Origin: Acholeplasma sp.
GTDB lineage: Bacteria > Bacillota_I > Bacilli_A > Acholeplasmatales > UBA5453
Assembly: GCA_036677365.1 (NCBI GenBank)
Contig: JAVBWN010000016.1
Span: 44,488 to 108,487, forward strand
Direction of reading: 5' to 3'
Length of the DNA: 64,000 bases
Shown here: piece after piece, positions 19,274 to 30,479 of the stretch
How the letters are laid out: the number at the start of each line of letters is the position of its first letter
Position numbering within the stretch: position 1 is the stretch's first letter
Translations under genes and position numbers: made by a program
The notes under the pieces: generated by a model
Databases searched by the model: none
Told to the model about the DNA's origin: nothing
Seen by the model: only the letters and a program-made list of their open reading frames with translations

Positions 19274-20043
19274 TAAACGATGTGTTTTTCTTATACCTTA
19301 CAAATGATAAATATGAATTTCTTTGGAACGATTTTTTTATTCTTTTACTCAAGTATTGGAAAGATTTTCCATATGAAGTACTAATTAATACAGAAAGCAT
19401 TAAGTATGAAAACGCAAATTTAAGATTAAAACATACTACACTTTTCAATAAAGAATCTAGTTGGTCGGATAGACTAATTCATTACTTAAACAGCACTAAT
19501 GAAGAGTACGTTATCTTATGGATGGATGATCACTTTATTTATGATTATGTTGATTCAGAAAAAATCAGCTTTGCTGTTAATTTATTAAAAGACAACAAGA
19601 AGATTGGACATATCTCTTTTGAAAATCAACCAGGAAGTAAAGCAAGCAAAGAATTCGAATTTCTGTCTAAAAGAAAATTGTTTTCACAGTATAGAATAAG
19701 TTTACAACCAGGCATATGGAATAAAAAGTATTTACTTAAAATTCTAAAAAAAAATGAGTCACCTTGGCAGCTTGAAATAAGTGGATCATTTAGAAGTATA
19801 TTTCTACCTAGTAGAATTTATTGCTTTAATAGAAAAGTAATATTCACGCACGGCGGAGCCTTAATCATGAGAGGGAAACTTAATTATGATATAGCTAATT
19901 TTTTTATAGAAAATGAAAATATTGATATGAATTATCCACTTAATAGATATATTAAAGAAACACGAAAAAATGGAGTCATTTTAAAATCGTTACGATTATT
20001 AAAATATATCTTAGATGCGGTTAAATCAATTTTCAGTAGGTGA
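19270..20043 (+). CDS. Putative glycosyltransferase (GT-A-like)
   Basis: WSDRL, ILWMDD, QPGIWNK, SPWQLE; operon context. Confidence 0.55.
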   Translation: MINDVFFLYLTNDKYEFLWNDFFILLLKYWKDFPYEVLINTESIKYENANLRLKHTTLFNKESSWSDRLIHYLNSTNEEYVILWMDDHFIYDYVDSEKISFAVNLLKDNKKIGHISFENQPGSKASKEFEFLSKRKLFSQYRISLQPGIWNKKYLLKILKKNESPWQLEISGSFRSIFLPSRIYCFNRKVIFTHGGALIMRGKLNYDIANFFIENENIDMNYPLNRYIKETRKNGVILKSLRLLKYILDAVKSIFSR

Positions 20044-20044
20044 T

Positions 20045-21199
20045 ATGATGAAAAACAAGTACTTTAATTACTCACTAGCACTATATGTGTTTTTAATTCC
20101 ATTTGAGGAAGCTTTGAATTTAGGTTTTGGGAGTTTACTTAGAATAATTGGGATATTTGTCATATTCGCGGGAATATTCAATCTTAAGGCAAAATTTAGC
20201 GTAAAGTTAGAGTATATGCCGTTCATATTGTGGATGATACTATTTATACTATCTTTTTTTTGGAGTACCTCTACTCAATGGTGGCTCTATTATTTTCAAG
20301 TATATTTTACACAATTTGTTCTAATTTCAGTACTAATAATGTTCAATAGAGCCACGATTAATATTAATAGAATATTCAATACACTTATATACAGTTCAGT
20401 CCTATCCAGCATCATTCTATTTATTCCAGGTATATCGGCATTTACCGATGAAGGAAGAAGGACAATTATACTATATACTAAAACACTTGACCCTAATGTA
20501 TTGGCATCATTTTTAGCTTTAACAATACTCATTATATTAGACAGATTAGTAAATAATAATCGAAAGTATATTAATTTGTTAAGCATATTGATTGTGCTTT
20601 GCGGTGTCTTTCTCACAGGTTCTAGAGGTACATTAATCTCTCTAATATTTGGGTCCATTATTTATATCACCTATTACTATTTAAAATATGGAAAAATCAA
20701 GTCAATATATAAATATTCAATTATTATTTTAGTAGGAATAATTATTATATTTTACAGCTTGCCGAATACGCTATTAGATAGATTTACGTTAGATAATTTA
20801 ATTGGGCTTAATGAATTAGATCCTAATGTACACAGTAGATATACAATTTGGTCTTTTGTTCCTGGACTATTTAAGCAAAATCCAATTTTTGGTTTTGGTG
20901 GTGGTAATTTTATGGTCGCATTGGATATCGTGTATAGACAATCCGCGTCACACAACATATACTTACTAACATTAGTTGAGCTTGGAATTATTGGTTTTTT
21001 CATATTAGGTACTTGGGTATCTATGTTGTTTTATAAAGCTATTAATTTGAAATCACCACTTGCCTTATCATTAACTTTTACATTATTTGGCATTGGATTT
21101 TTTATTGATAGTTTGAGCTTTAAATTTTTTTGGATTTTTTTAGCAATTGTATATATTGTTTTAAACAAAAAGGAGATTGAAATGCATGCTATCAAATAA
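20045..21199 (+). CDS. wzy: O-antigen polymerase/ligase family membrane protein (Wzy)
   Basis: About 10 hydrophobic segments; DPNVLA, LTGSRG, PIFGFGGG, SHNIY..ELGIIG. Confidence 0.75.
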   Translation: MMKNKYFNYSLALYVFLIPFEEALNLGFGSLLRIIGIFVIFAGIFNLKAKFSVKLEYMPFILWMILFILSFFWSTSTQWWLYYFQVYFTQFVLISVLIMFNRATININRIFNTLIYSSVLSSIILFIPGISAFTDEGRRTIILYTKTLDPNVLASFLALTILIILDRLVNNNRKYINLLSILIVLCGVFLTGSRGTLISLIFGSIIYITYYYLKYGKIKSIYKYSIIILVGIIIIFYSLPNTLLDRFTLDNLIGLNELDPNVHSRYTIWSFVPGLFKQNPIFGFGGGNFMVALDIVYRQSASHNIYLLTLVELGIIGFFILGTWVSMLFYKAINLKSPLALSLTFTLFGIGFFIDSLSFKFFWIFLAIVYIVLNKKEIEMHAIK

Positions 21200-22181
21200 A
21201 GTCTTACTGATTACCGGAGGTACAGGATCTTTCGGTAATGTTGTAGTCGCAAAATTTCTAAAATCTGACATAAATGAGATTAGAATTCTCTCTCGTGATG
21301 AAAAGAAACAAGAAGATATGCGTAAGTTATATAACAACGACAAACTCAAATTCTATATTGGTGATGTTCGTGATTATAACTCCATAGAAGGTGCGTTTAT
21401 CGGAGTTGATTATGTTTTCCATGCAGCAGCATTAAAACAAGTCCCTTCATGTGAATTCTATCCAATAGAAGCAGTAAAAACCAATGTATTGGGTTCGGAT
21501 AATGTCATATCTGCTTGTGTCAAAAATGGCGTTAAGAAGGCTATCTTCTTATCTACAGACAAAGCTGCATACCCTATTAATGCTATGGGTATGAGTAAAG
21601 CAATGATGGAAAAAAACGTTATTGCGAGATCACGACAATTAAGACCAAATGACACCGTATTATGCTTAACACGTTATGGTAACGTTATGGCTTCACGTGG
21701 TTCTGTCATTCCTCTGTTCTTAGATCAAATCCAAGCAGGAAAACCAATCACCATTACCAATCCTGAAATGACACGTTATATGATGACATTAGAGGATGCT
21801 GTGGATTTGGTTCTTTATGCATTTGAACACGGCGAACAAGGGGATTTATTCGTTCAAAAAGCCCCAGCAGCTACCATCGATGTACTAGCTAAAGCTGTAT
21901 TGGATTTAAAGAGATGCAATATTCCACCAGTTTATATTGGAACTAGACATGGTGAAAAATTATATGAAGTTTTGGTTACGCAAGAAGAAATGACGAAAGC
22001 AGTTGACCTTGGCGGCTTTTTTAAGATCCCAGCAGACAATAGAAACCTCAATTATGATAAATTCATTGAAAAAGGTAGTAAAGAAATTGTATTAGCTGAA
22101 TCCTATCATTCTCACAACACTGCTAGACTTGATGTTGAAGGTATGAAGAAATTATTATTGAAATTAGACTTATTTAAGTAG
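21186..22181 (+). CDS. fnlA: UDP-GlcNAc 4,6-dehydratase/5-epimerase (FnlA/CapE)
   Basis: TGGTGSFG, SRDEKKQ, AALKQVPSCE, YGNVMASRGSV, GTRHGEK. Confidence 0.9.
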   Translation: MLSNKVLLITGGTGSFGNVVVAKFLKSDINEIRILSRDEKKQEDMRKLYNNDKLKFYIGDVRDYNSIEGAFIGVDYVFHAAALKQVPSCEFYPIEAVKTNVLGSDNVISACVKNGVKKAIFLSTDKAAYPINAMGMSKAMMEKNVIARSRQLRPNDTVLCLTRYGNVMASRGSVIPLFLDQIQAGKPITITNPEMTRYMMTLEDAVDLVLYAFEHGEQGDLFVQKAPAATIDVLAKAVLDLKRCNIPPVYIGTRHGEKLYEVLVTQEEMTKAVDLGGFFKIPADNRNLNYDKFIEKGSKEIVLAESYHSHNTARLDVEGMKKLLLKLDLFK

Positions 22182-22190
22182 GATATACAT

Positions 22191-23300
22191 ATGAAGATAC
22201 TAGTTACTGGAGCTAAAGGCTTTATTGGAAAAAACTTAATCACTGAACTTAAAAACCAAAAATACACAGACATTTATGAATACGATATGGATTCTACATT
22301 AGAGGATTTGGATCAGTATTCAAAAGACTGTGAGTTTGTATTTCATCTAGCAGGGGTGAATCGACCTAAAGACCAAAAAGAATTTCTTGAAGGCAACTTT
22401 GGATTCACATCGGTGCTTTTAGATAACCTTAAGAAATACAACAACAAAGCTCCAATTATGCTCGCATCTTCAATTCAAGCAGTACTTGATAATCCTTATG
22501 GTATTAGTAAGAAAGCTGGGGAAGATCTCTTATTTGGATATGGTAATGAAACAGGTGCAAAAGTGCTTATTTATCGTTTTCCAAATGTGTTTGGAAAATG
22601 GTGCAGACCAAACTATAATAGCGCTGTAGCGACATTCTCATATAACATCGCCAATGACTTACCAATCACTGTAAATGACAGAAATGTGGTTATGAACTTA
22701 ATCTACATCGATGATTTGGTTAAGGAATTGATTCATGCTTTAAAAGGTATTGAAAATAAAAAGGATGATTTTTGTTATGTTGAACCTGTACACACAGTAA
22801 AACTTGGCGAAATTGTCGACTTATTGTATTCATTTAAAGAAAGCAGAAATGACCGTTCTATTCCTAATACTGCTGACCCATTTACGAAGAAACTATACAC
22901 CAATTATTTAAGCTACTTACCAAAAGACAAATTCAGTTATGATCTAAAAATGAACATCGATTATCGAGGTTCATTTACAGAGTTTTTAAAGACACCTGAT
23001 AGAGGACAAGTTTCAATAAATATATCCAAACCAGGCATTGTTAAAGGCAATCACTGGCATCACACCAAGAATGAGAAATTCTTGGTTGTGAGCGGTACCG
23101 GTGTGATTCGCTTTAGAAAAATAGATGAAACAGAAGTATTAGAGTATTATGTTAGTGGAGATAAATTACAAGTTGTCGATATTCCACCAGGCTATACACA
23201 TAATATTGAAAACTTAGGTAATACAGACATGGTCACTGTGATGTGGGCGAATGAAAAGTTCGATCCTGAAAGACCGGATACGATTTTTGTGGAGGTTTAA
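22191..23300 (+). CDS. fnlB: CapF/FnlB reductase-epimerase with C-terminal cupin
   Basis: HLAGVNRP, NVFGKWCRPNYNS, KGNHWHHTKNEKF, PPGYTHNIEN. Confidence 0.9.
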   Translation: MKILVTGAKGFIGKNLITELKNQKYTDIYEYDMDSTLEDLDQYSKDCEFVFHLAGVNRPKDQKEFLEGNFGFTSVLLDNLKKYNNKAPIMLASSIQAVLDNPYGISKKAGEDLLFGYGNETGAKVLIYRFPNVFGKWCRPNYNSAVATFSYNIANDLPITVNDRNVVMNLIYIDDLVKELIHALKGIENKKDDFCYVEPVHTVKLGEIVDLLYSFKESRNDRSIPNTADPFTKKLYTNYLSYLPKDKFSYDLKMNIDYRGSFTEFLKTPDRGQVSINISKPGIVKGNHWHHTKNEKFLVVSGTGVIRFRKIDETEVLEYYVSGDKLQVVDIPPGYTHNIENLGNTDMVTVMWANEKFDPERPDTIFVEV

Positions 23301-23304
23301 TCAA

Positions 23305-24432
23305 ATGAAAAAACTAAAAGTAATGACTGTTGTAGGTACAAGACCAGAAATCATTCGATTATCTGCTGTCATTCATAAACTCAATTCATCAGAAGCGATT
23401 GATCATGTTTTGGTCCACACAGGACAAAACTATGATTATGAGCTTAATGAAGTATTCTTTAAAGACTTTAATTTAAAGAAACCAGATTACTTCCTAAACG
23501 CAGCTACTGGAACAGCAATCGAAACGATTGGTAATATTTTGATCAAAATCGATCCAATCCTAGAAGAAGTTAAACCAGATGCATTTTTAGTATTAGGTGA
23601 TACTAACAGTTGTTTAACTGCTATCGCAGCAAAACGTCGTCATATTCCGATATTTCATATGGAAGCCGGCAATAGATGTTTTGATCAACGTGTACCAGAA
23701 GAAACCAATAGAAAAATCGTAGACCACATCTCTGATATCAATCTACCTTACAGTTCAATCGCGAGAGAATACTTATTAAAAGAAGGTTTTCCTGCAGATA
23801 GAATCATTAAAACAGGTAGTCCAATGTATGAAGTATTGATGAGTAAGAAAACTGAAATTGACAATTCAGATGTACTACAAAGACTTGGACTAGAATCAGG
23901 TAAGTACTTTGTAGTATCAGCACATAGAGAAGAAAATATTAACTCGGAAAACTTCTATGATTTAGTCGTTACCCTTAATACAATCGCTGAAGTCTATCAA
24001 TTACCAATCATCGTTTCTACACATCCTAGGACAAGAAAAATGATTGAAGCAAAAGGTATTAAGTTTAATCCATTAATTCAAACATTGAAGCCACTTGGAT
24101 TCATTGATTATAATAAACTTCAAATTGAATCCAAATGTGTGCTGAGTGATTCGGGTACAATTAGTGAAGAGTCTTCCATACTAAAATTCAAAGCTTTAAA
24201 TATTAGGGAAGCTCATGAAAGACCAGAAGCAATGGAAGAAGCTGCAGTCATGATGGTAGGGTTAAAAAAAGAAAGAATTTTGCAAGCCTTGAATATTTCA
24301 TTTTTTGAATCACACTATAAACATAATTCAGTAATAGATTATGACAGCAATAATGTTTCTTTTAAAATTGAACGTATAATATTATCATATGTAGATTACG
24401 TAAAGACACGAGTGTATCGAGAACGAGTATGA
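23305..24432 (+). CDS. fnlC: UDP-sugar 2-epimerase (FnlC/CapG)
   Basis: [36 protein letters not shown]; follows fnlAB. Confidence 0.88.
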   Translation: MKKLKVMTVVGTRPEIIRLSAVIHKLNSSEAIDHVLVHTGQNYDYELNEVFFKDFNLKKPDYFLNAATGTAIETIGNILIKIDPILEEVKPDAFLVLGDTNSCLTAIAAKRRHIPIFHMEAGNRCFDQRVPEETNRKIVDHISDINLPYSSIAREYLLKEGFPADRIIKTGSPMYEVLMSKKTEIDNSDVLQRLGLESGKYFVVSAHREENINSENFYDLVVTLNTIAEVYQLPIIVSTHPRTRKMIEAKGIKFNPLIQTLKPLGFIDYNKLQIESKCVLSDSGTISEESSILKFKALNIREAHERPEAMEEAAVMMVGLKKERILQALNISFFESHYKHNSVIDYDSNNVSFKIERIILSYVDYVKTRVYRERV

Positions 24433-24941
24433 AAAAACTATTTGTACCACTAGCGAGAATTATTGAGATAATTGATAATTATGTCAAGAGATTGATAGGT
24501 TTTTCACAAATCTCAAGAATAAAACACAAAGGATTAAACTGCCATATAGAAAGAAATTGCATAATAAATACGGCAAATGTAATTTTTGGAGACAATATTT
24601 TTATCGGCCCTGGGTGCTTGTTGTTGTCAACTAAAGCCAAAATTATCATTGGAAATAATGTAATGTTTGGTCCGAATGTATCAATTATAACCGGGAATCA
24701 TAGAATAAATGTAAAAGGGGTTCCAATGATAAGTGTAACAGAAAAGCAAACAGATGACGATGAGGATGTAGTAATTGAAGATGATGTATGGATTGGTGCT
24801 GGAGCCATTGTATTAAAAGGTGTTCGAATCGGGACAGGATCTATTGTAGCAGCAGGAAGTGTTGTGACCAAGGATATACCCGCATATCACATTTACATGG
24901 GTGTACCAGAAAGGAAAATTATTGAAAGAAGTTTTCAATAA
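24429..24941 (+). CDS. Hexapeptide-repeat O-acetyltransferase
   Basis: [40 protein letters not shown]. Confidence 0.88.
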   Translation: MKKLFVPLARIIEIIDNYVKRLIGFSQISRIKHKGLNCHIERNCIINTANVIFGDNIFIGPGCLLLSTKAKIIIGNNVMFGPNVSIITGNHRINVKGVPMISVTEKQTDDDEDVVIEDDVWIGAGAIVLKGVRIGTGSIVAAGSVVTKDIPAYHIYMGVPERKIIERSFQ

Positions 24942-24971
24942 TAAAGTTTTAGGAAAGAAAGTGAAAGGAAA

Positions 24972-25976
24972 ATGTTGATGAATTCGCTGTCTGTAATAAT
25001 CCCAGTATACAATAATGAACACACTATCGAAAAATGTATTACGAGTTTAATATCAAACACTTCAGATATCGAATTTATATTCATTGATGATGGTTCAACT
25101 GACAACAGTAGCTACATTATAAAAAAATATCAGAGTAACTATTCAAATATACGATATTTCTATAAAGCAAACTCGGGAGTAAGTGATTCTAGAAACTTAG
25201 GACTTGAGAAAGCAAAAAACAGATTAATTGCTTTTGTTGATGGAGATGATTTTTTAGAAAAATATACCTATGACAACATTTTAGATAATTGGAATGAAAG
25301 ATGTTCATTATTTGTTTTTGATTATAGTATAAAATCCGGAAATTCTATTAATAAATCAGTTCTAAACTTAACGAATAGTGAAATATTTTTACAAAGTGAA
25401 AACGAAAAGTCAGAGTACATAAATAGTTTGTTGAATTTAAATAAGGTTCCACACATAGGACACTCAATTTGGAACAAGATATTTCAAAGAGAAATAATAG
25501 TTAAATACAATATTAAATTCAATAAAAGTATTATTATTGGAGAAGATTTGTTATTTCTTTTGCACTATTTAAAACACACCGATTGTTTAATGACAACTAT
25601 AAGTGCTTACTACTATTATGTTAGACATGATTCATCGGTAATGAATAGTTCAACTAAAGACTTTTTACCCTTATATGACAAACTTTCAAATGAAATTGGT
25701 GCATTAAGGAATTACTTAAATATAGCAAATTTCAAGTGTAACTATCTTTCAAACATGGTATTTTATGTTCTTAATTCGAAATACTACAAGAATTTATCAT
25801 TAGGAGAAAAAGCCAAATATTTATCATCAATTAGGGAAACTAACATTATTAACAGTCTAGACAACTATGAAGGTATCAGTCTGAAAAGAAAGGTTATCAT
25901 AAAACTTATAAAATATAATATGAATTATATTGCTATATTTATAATTGAATTAAATGATATAATTAGGAAAATATGA
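24972..25976 (+). CDS. Glycosyltransferase family 2
   Basis: SVIIPVYN, IDDGSTD, FVDGDD, WNKIF, GED. Confidence 0.9.
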   Translation: MLMNSLSVIIPVYNNEHTIEKCITSLISNTSDIEFIFIDDGSTDNSSYIIKKYQSNYSNIRYFYKANSGVSDSRNLGLEKAKNRLIAFVDGDDFLEKYTYDNILDNWNERCSLFVFDYSIKSGNSINKSVLNLTNSEIFLQSENEKSEYINSLLNLNKVPHIGHSIWNKIFQREIIVKYNIKFNKSIIIGEDLLFLLHYLKHTDCLMTTISAYYYYVRHDSSVMNSSTKDFLPLYDKLSNEIGALRNYLNIANFKCNYLSNMVFYVLNSKYYKNLSLGEKAKYLSSIRETNIINSLDNYEGISLKRKVIIKLIKYNMNYIAIFIIELNDIIRKI

Positions 25977-27076
25977 AAAAAATTGGAGTCTTGACATTTC
26001 ACTGGGCAGATAATTATGGAGCAGTTTTACAGGCATATGGACTTACAAAATATTTATCAGAAAGTACACAAGAAGTAGAATTAATTGATTTTAGACCGTT
26101 AAAGTTAATGGAACCTTATAGAATTTTATTTAATCCTGTAAAAAAAATACAATCACTCGGATTCCTAAATGGGATTAAAACTATAATCAAGAGCATTATT
26201 CAAATACCATATAATTATAAAAAAAAAATAGCATATATTAATTTTAGAAAAATGCTACCAATTTCAAATATAGTGTTAACGAGATTTAGTGATTTCTCCA
26301 TTAACGCTAAAAATTATGATTCTATTATAGTAGGTAGCGACCAAGTATGGAACCCCGAATTTTTTAATAATTATGAAGATATATTTTTTTTGAATTTAAA
26401 AGATATCAATACCAAGCGTATATCGTATTCAGCAAGTTGCGCTATTATCTTGAATCAAAGCCAGATAAGTTTTGTTGAATCAAAGTTCGCCTCTTTTGAT
26501 TTTGTATCAATAAGGGAAAAATCAACAATACAACAGTTTAGCAAAAATAAAAAAATATATCATACTGTAGATCCGATTTTTTTGTTGGGTGTCCATGATT
26601 GGACAAAATTGATGTCTACTAAATCGTACAATTTTAAATACATTTTCGTTTATGACTTGATTTTCGATTTAGAAATAGTTAATTTTGTCAATGATTTAGC
26701 TCGGAAAAATAACTATTACGTAATCACATATTCCGGATCTACTAAATATATAAATCACAAAAAATCTATTCGAGATAAAGGTCCTATACAATTTATTGAA
26801 ACAATAATGCAGTCTGAAATTGTCGTGTCAAGTTCTTTTCATGGAGTGGCGTTTGCAATTTTATTTAAAAAACAATTCTACACATTTAATCATCCAACAA
26901 GAGGGATTAGAGTTAAGGATTTGTTAGATGATTTAGGTATTAAAAACCGTGATATTGTAAATTATAGTGAAAATAATATAGTTAACTATAGTGATGTTGA
27001 TCAAATTTTAAGTAATCTTATAAAGTCATCAAAAGAGTACTTGAAAGAATCGCTGGGGGATTGTCATGAGAACTAA
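25973..27076 (+). CDS. Polysaccharide pyruvyl transferase family protein
   Basis: NYGAVLQAY, VGSDQVWNP, VSIRE, DPIFL, SSFHG. Confidence 0.85.
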   Translation: MKKIGVLTFHWADNYGAVLQAYGLTKYLSESTQEVELIDFRPLKLMEPYRILFNPVKKIQSLGFLNGIKTIIKSIIQIPYNYKKKIAYINFRKMLPISNIVLTRFSDFSINAKNYDSIIVGSDQVWNPEFFNNYEDIFFLNLKDINTKRISYSASCAIILNQSQISFVESKFASFDFVSIREKSTIQQFSKNKKIYHTVDPIFLLGVHDWTKLMSTKSYNFKYIFVYDLIFDLEIVNFVNDLARKNNYYVITYSGSTKYINHKKSIRDKGPIQFIETIMQSEIVVSSSFHGVAFAILFKKQFYTFNHPTRGIRVKDLLDDLGIKNRDIVNYSENNIVNYSDVDQILSNLIKSSKEYLKESLGDCHEN

Positions 27077-28580
27077 GAAATTTCTTATTAACAGTGTTTT
27101 TTCAGTTCTTGAGCAAATAACGTTAGCGGTTATAGGTCTTCTTTTACCTAGAATAATGATATTCTATTATGGATCGGAGTTAAATGGATTAGTTGTTTCA
27201 ATAACACAATTCATTGGGTATTTTAAATTAGCTGAGGCTGGAATTAGTACAGCATCAATATTTGCACTTTTTAAACCTATAGCTAATAATGATTCCATAG
27301 AAATAGCGAAAATCGTCAAGTCTACTCAGTCATTATATGTGAAATCTGGTATAGTATTCTTAGTTGGAGTCTTGATACTAAGTATAATTTATCCTATCAT
27401 CGTCAACACAGATAATCTATCATTTTTTGAGATTTCATACTTAGTATTTATTATAGGAATTTTTGGTGGATTAGACTTCTTCATTTTTGGAAAATTTCGT
27501 GTTTTGATAACCGCTGATCAAAAACAATTTATGATTTCTATTGCATCTATGGCGTACTTAATTTCTAATTTTATATTAGTATACATTTTATCTAAAAATA
27601 ACACTGATATATATATAATGAAGTCTTTCGCCATGATCAGTTTTCTTGCTAAAATTATACCGCTATATATATATTCATTTAAAAAGTATAGGTTTATTTT
27701 TAATAGTAAAAATGTCAAACCGGCTCATATACCACATAGGTGGGATGCTTTCTATATTCAAATATTAGGCGCGACACAAGTTGCTACACCAATTATATTA
27801 GCTACAATTTTCGTGAACTTAACTCAAGTTAGCATATTCTCTGTATATTTAATGGTGTTCTCATCACTAACAGGGGTTTTAGGGATTTTTAGTTCAAGTT
27901 TAAGTTCCATTTTTGGAGATATCATCGCTAAAAAAGAATTGAAATTATTGAACAAATCATATTCACAATTCGAGACCGTATACTATATTATAATAACAGT
28001 AATATTTTCTGTTTCAATTCTGACAATCTCCAGTTTTATTGGTATATATTCTCGTGGTGTTACTGATACTAATTACAATTGGACTATGTTGGGTATCTTG
28101 CTAGGAATTAATGCATTATTATATAATTTAAAAGTACCACAAGGAATGGTTGTAATGTCTTCGGGGAAATTCAAAGAAACTAAAGTTCAAAGCACGATTC
28201 AAGTTTTAATAATAGTTTTTTTTGGGATTTTGCTTGGATATTATTATGGAATTATTGGCATCGTCTTTTCTTCTATTTTATCGAATATATACAGGGTAAT
28301 AGATTTGATTATATATGTTCCAAAGTACATTATAAATAACAACATGTTTAAAACAATTCAAAAGGTGATTATATCTATAGGAATTTTTTCTACTTCAATA
28401 TTTTTATCAATCATTATAAAACTAGACATTAATGATATAATAAGTTGGGTTCTATATGGAGTAGTTTTAGTAATTGGTTATTTCGTTTTAACATTATCAA
28501 TTTTCTATACTTTGAACAGAAATGATATTAACGAAACATTTAGTAGAATTCTTAGAATCGTAGGTATGGTAAAAAAATGA
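27066..28580 (+). CDS. wzx: Polysaccharide flippase (Wzx/MOP family)
   Basis: Many hydrophobic segments; YGSELNGLV, AEAGI, ALFKP. Confidence 0.8.
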   Translation: MRTKKFLINSVFSVLEQITLAVIGLLLPRIMIFYYGSELNGLVVSITQFIGYFKLAEAGISTASIFALFKPIANNDSIEIAKIVKSTQSLYVKSGIVFLVGVLILSIIYPIIVNTDNLSFFEISYLVFIIGIFGGLDFFIFGKFRVLITADQKQFMISIASMAYLISNFILVYILSKNNTDIYIMKSFAMISFLAKIIPLYIYSFKKYRFIFNSKNVKPAHIPHRWDAFYIQILGATQVATPIILATIFVNLTQVSIFSVYLMVFSSLTGVLGIFSSSLSSIFGDIIAKKELKLLNKSYSQFETVYYIIITVIFSVSILTISSFIGIYSRGVTDTNYNWTMLGILLGINALLYNLKVPQGMVVMSSGKFKETKVQSTIQVLIIVFFGILLGYYYGIIGIVFSSILSNIYRVIDLIIYVPKYIINNNMFKTIQKVIISIGIFSTSIFLSIIIKLDINDIISWVLYGVVLVIGYFVLTLSIFYTLNRNDINETFSRILRIVGMVKK

Positions 28581-29578
28581 AAATTTTCAGGAAGTTAACA
28601 CCTAAAGTAGTAATGTCTTTTTTAAAGAATACTAAACTAGTACAATCAGTGATTAGAGTTTACTTTTTAGATAGTCTTTTGTATTATAAATATCATAGGA
28701 ACAAAAAGACTCAATTTTCAAAGATAAAATTAGAAAGTTTAATACTCTATCATACTCATTCTATTGAAAAAGGACTTACAAATATAAAATTTAGAGTTGG
28801 TTTTGGAAGATATGCTATAACTAATTTGATTAGGTATTTACAATTATATGAAAAATTAAAATACCCTACTAATTGTACAGCGTATTTGTCAGGAGTTACT
28901 GTATTACGAGCATATAAAAATTTACATATGACATTTGGCTATGAAGACGTTTCAATTAACGACTATTTGTCTACTTTAAACGAAATAATCCTCAATAATC
29001 ATATCGAAGCCGGTGTTTTTTATCATTCAAATACTTATCATGCTGACTCACAATTTGATTTTTATAATTTTGCAAAGAATAGAAAAAGTGTACGAGATTT
29101 TGGAGATGAAAAAATTTTAGATTCGGTTATCGAAAAATCTATTGAAGCAGCATCATTTACCCCTTCTGTATGTAACAGACAACCATGGGGGACAAAAGTA
29201 GTGACAACGAAATCTAAAATTGATGAAATCTTTCAATTACAAAAAGGTTTTAATAATTATGGGAATAACACTTCTGGTATCATAGTTATTTATACTGAAA
29301 CCGAAGCCATGTTATCCATAAATGAAAGAAACCAACATTTTATAGATGGTGGGATGTATAGTATGTCTATTTTATATGCATTGAATTCTTATAATGTTGC
29401 TGCATGCGCATTAAATGCTGCATTAGATCATAAAACAGAAAATGAAATTAAAAGAATATGTAAAATACCAAAAAGCTCAAAAATAGTTATTTTTATTGCT
29501 TATGGATCATATCCATCTAATTATAAAACATGTGTTTCTTCTCGAAAATCACATTTTGAGACTAATGAATTTATCTAA
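28577..29578 (+). CDS. Nitroreductase family protein
   Basis: RKSVRDF, TPSVCNRQPW, IDGG. Confidence 0.8.
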   Translation: MKIFRKLTPKVVMSFLKNTKLVQSVIRVYFLDSLLYYKYHRNKKTQFSKIKLESLILYHTHSIEKGLTNIKFRVGFGRYAITNLIRYLQLYEKLKYPTNCTAYLSGVTVLRAYKNLHMTFGYEDVSINDYLSTLNEIILNNHIEAGVFYHSNTYHADSQFDFYNFAKNRKSVRDFGDEKILDSVIEKSIEAASFTPSVCNRQPWGTKVVTTKSKIDEIFQLQKGFNNYGNNTSGIIVIYTETEAMLSINERNQHFIDGGMYSMSILYALNSYNVAACALNAALDHKTENEIKRICKIPKSSKIVIFIAYGSYPSNYKTCVSSRKSHFETNEFI

Positions 29579-29581
29579 TTA

Positions 29582-30343
29582 TTATGCAATCAACAACGTC
29601 GTCCCCGACTTTTTAAAAGCTTCCACATAAGCCTCACTCGGCATCTTATCTGTAATGATATAATCGATGTCCTCAAACTCACAGGTCTTACATAAAAAGA
29701 TTTTATCAAACTTCGTATGGTCTACAAGTAGTATATGAACCTTTGAATGGTTCATCATTTCTCTTTTTACTAAAGCTTGCTCCAAGGAGGCTTCAGTAAT
29801 ACCTGAGGCTAAGGATATCCCTCCACATGAGAAGATAAAAGCGTTACAATTAAAGTTTTTAATATAGTTCACCGTATCTATTCCTAGAACAGAGTTTGTA
29901 TTGTTATAGATGATACCACCAGGCAAATACACCCGCACATTTGGACTTTGTGTTAGAATGGCAGCGTTATTTAAACCATTGGTAATTACCGTTACATTCG
30001 GTAGGTTATCTAATAGTGGTAATACATAACCGGCAGTTGAACTTGAATCCACAAAATAAGACTCATTTTTTGTTAACAGCGTCGCGCATTTCACCGCGAT
30101 GCTGTTTTTTTCTTTGACTTGTGTTTGAACACGAACCAAAATGGATGACTCTCTAGAAGAAGATTCTATCAAAGAGGAATGACCGTGGGTTCGATGGATG
30201 ATCCCTTGTCTTTCCATATCATTTAAATCTCTTCTTAAGGTAGATTCACTGATAAAGAGCTTGTTTTGTAAATTCTTGTTTGAAATGGTTTTTTCTTTCT
30301 TGATAATCTCAAAAATCTTTCTTTGACGTTCATTAAGTATCAT
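29582..30343 (-). CDS. DeoR/GlpR family transcriptional regulator
   Basis: ERQRKI, ISESTLRRDL, RTHG, VDSSST, VITNGL, DHTKF; ATG 30343 behind GGAGG. Confidence 0.92.
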   Translation of the reverse strand: MILNERQRKIFEIIKKEKTISNKNLQNKLFISESTLRRDLNDMERQGIIHRTHGHSSLIESSSRESSILVRVQTQVKEKNSIAVKCATLLTKNESYFVDSSSTAGYVLPLLDNLPNVTVITNGLNNAAILTQSPNVRVYLPGGIIYNNTNSVLGIDTVNYIKNFNCNAFIFSCGGISLASGITEASLEQALVKREMMNHSKVHILLVDHTKFDKIFLCKTCEFEDIDYIITDKMPSEAYVEAFKKSGTTLLIA

Positions 30344-30360
30344 AGATTCCTCCAAAAATG

Positions 30361-30451
30361 TGACTGAATATGACTGAATTTTACAATTATCGTGACTAAT
30401 TGTCAAGATAACGTTCATTTGTTGACTTTAATCCGTCACATTTGTTATAGT
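30361..30451 (+). promoter_or_regulatory. Rhamnose operon promoter with TGACT direct repeats (putative DeoR sites)
   Basis: TGACTGAA twice, TGACTAAT, TGACTTTA; -35 TTGACT (30422) and TG-n-TATAGT (30446). Confidence 0.55.
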
Positions 30452-30465
30452 TGGGATGAACCTAA

Positions 30466-30479
30466 TGAAACCGTTTCCA
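30466..30479 (+). promoter_or_regulatory. cre-like site (CcpA/LacI-type operator)
   Basis: TGAAACCGTTTCCA fits TGWAANCGNTNWCA just downstream of the -10. Confidence 0.7.

Noticed and set aside
26219..26228. A10 tract (and other A/T runs) as phase-variation switches
   Set aside because: Frames are intact and such runs are expected in very AT-rich genes
28577..30343. Rhamnose operon recycling the cell's own polysaccharide
   Set aside because: Loci are only adjacent and convergent; the synthesis locus has no rml genes
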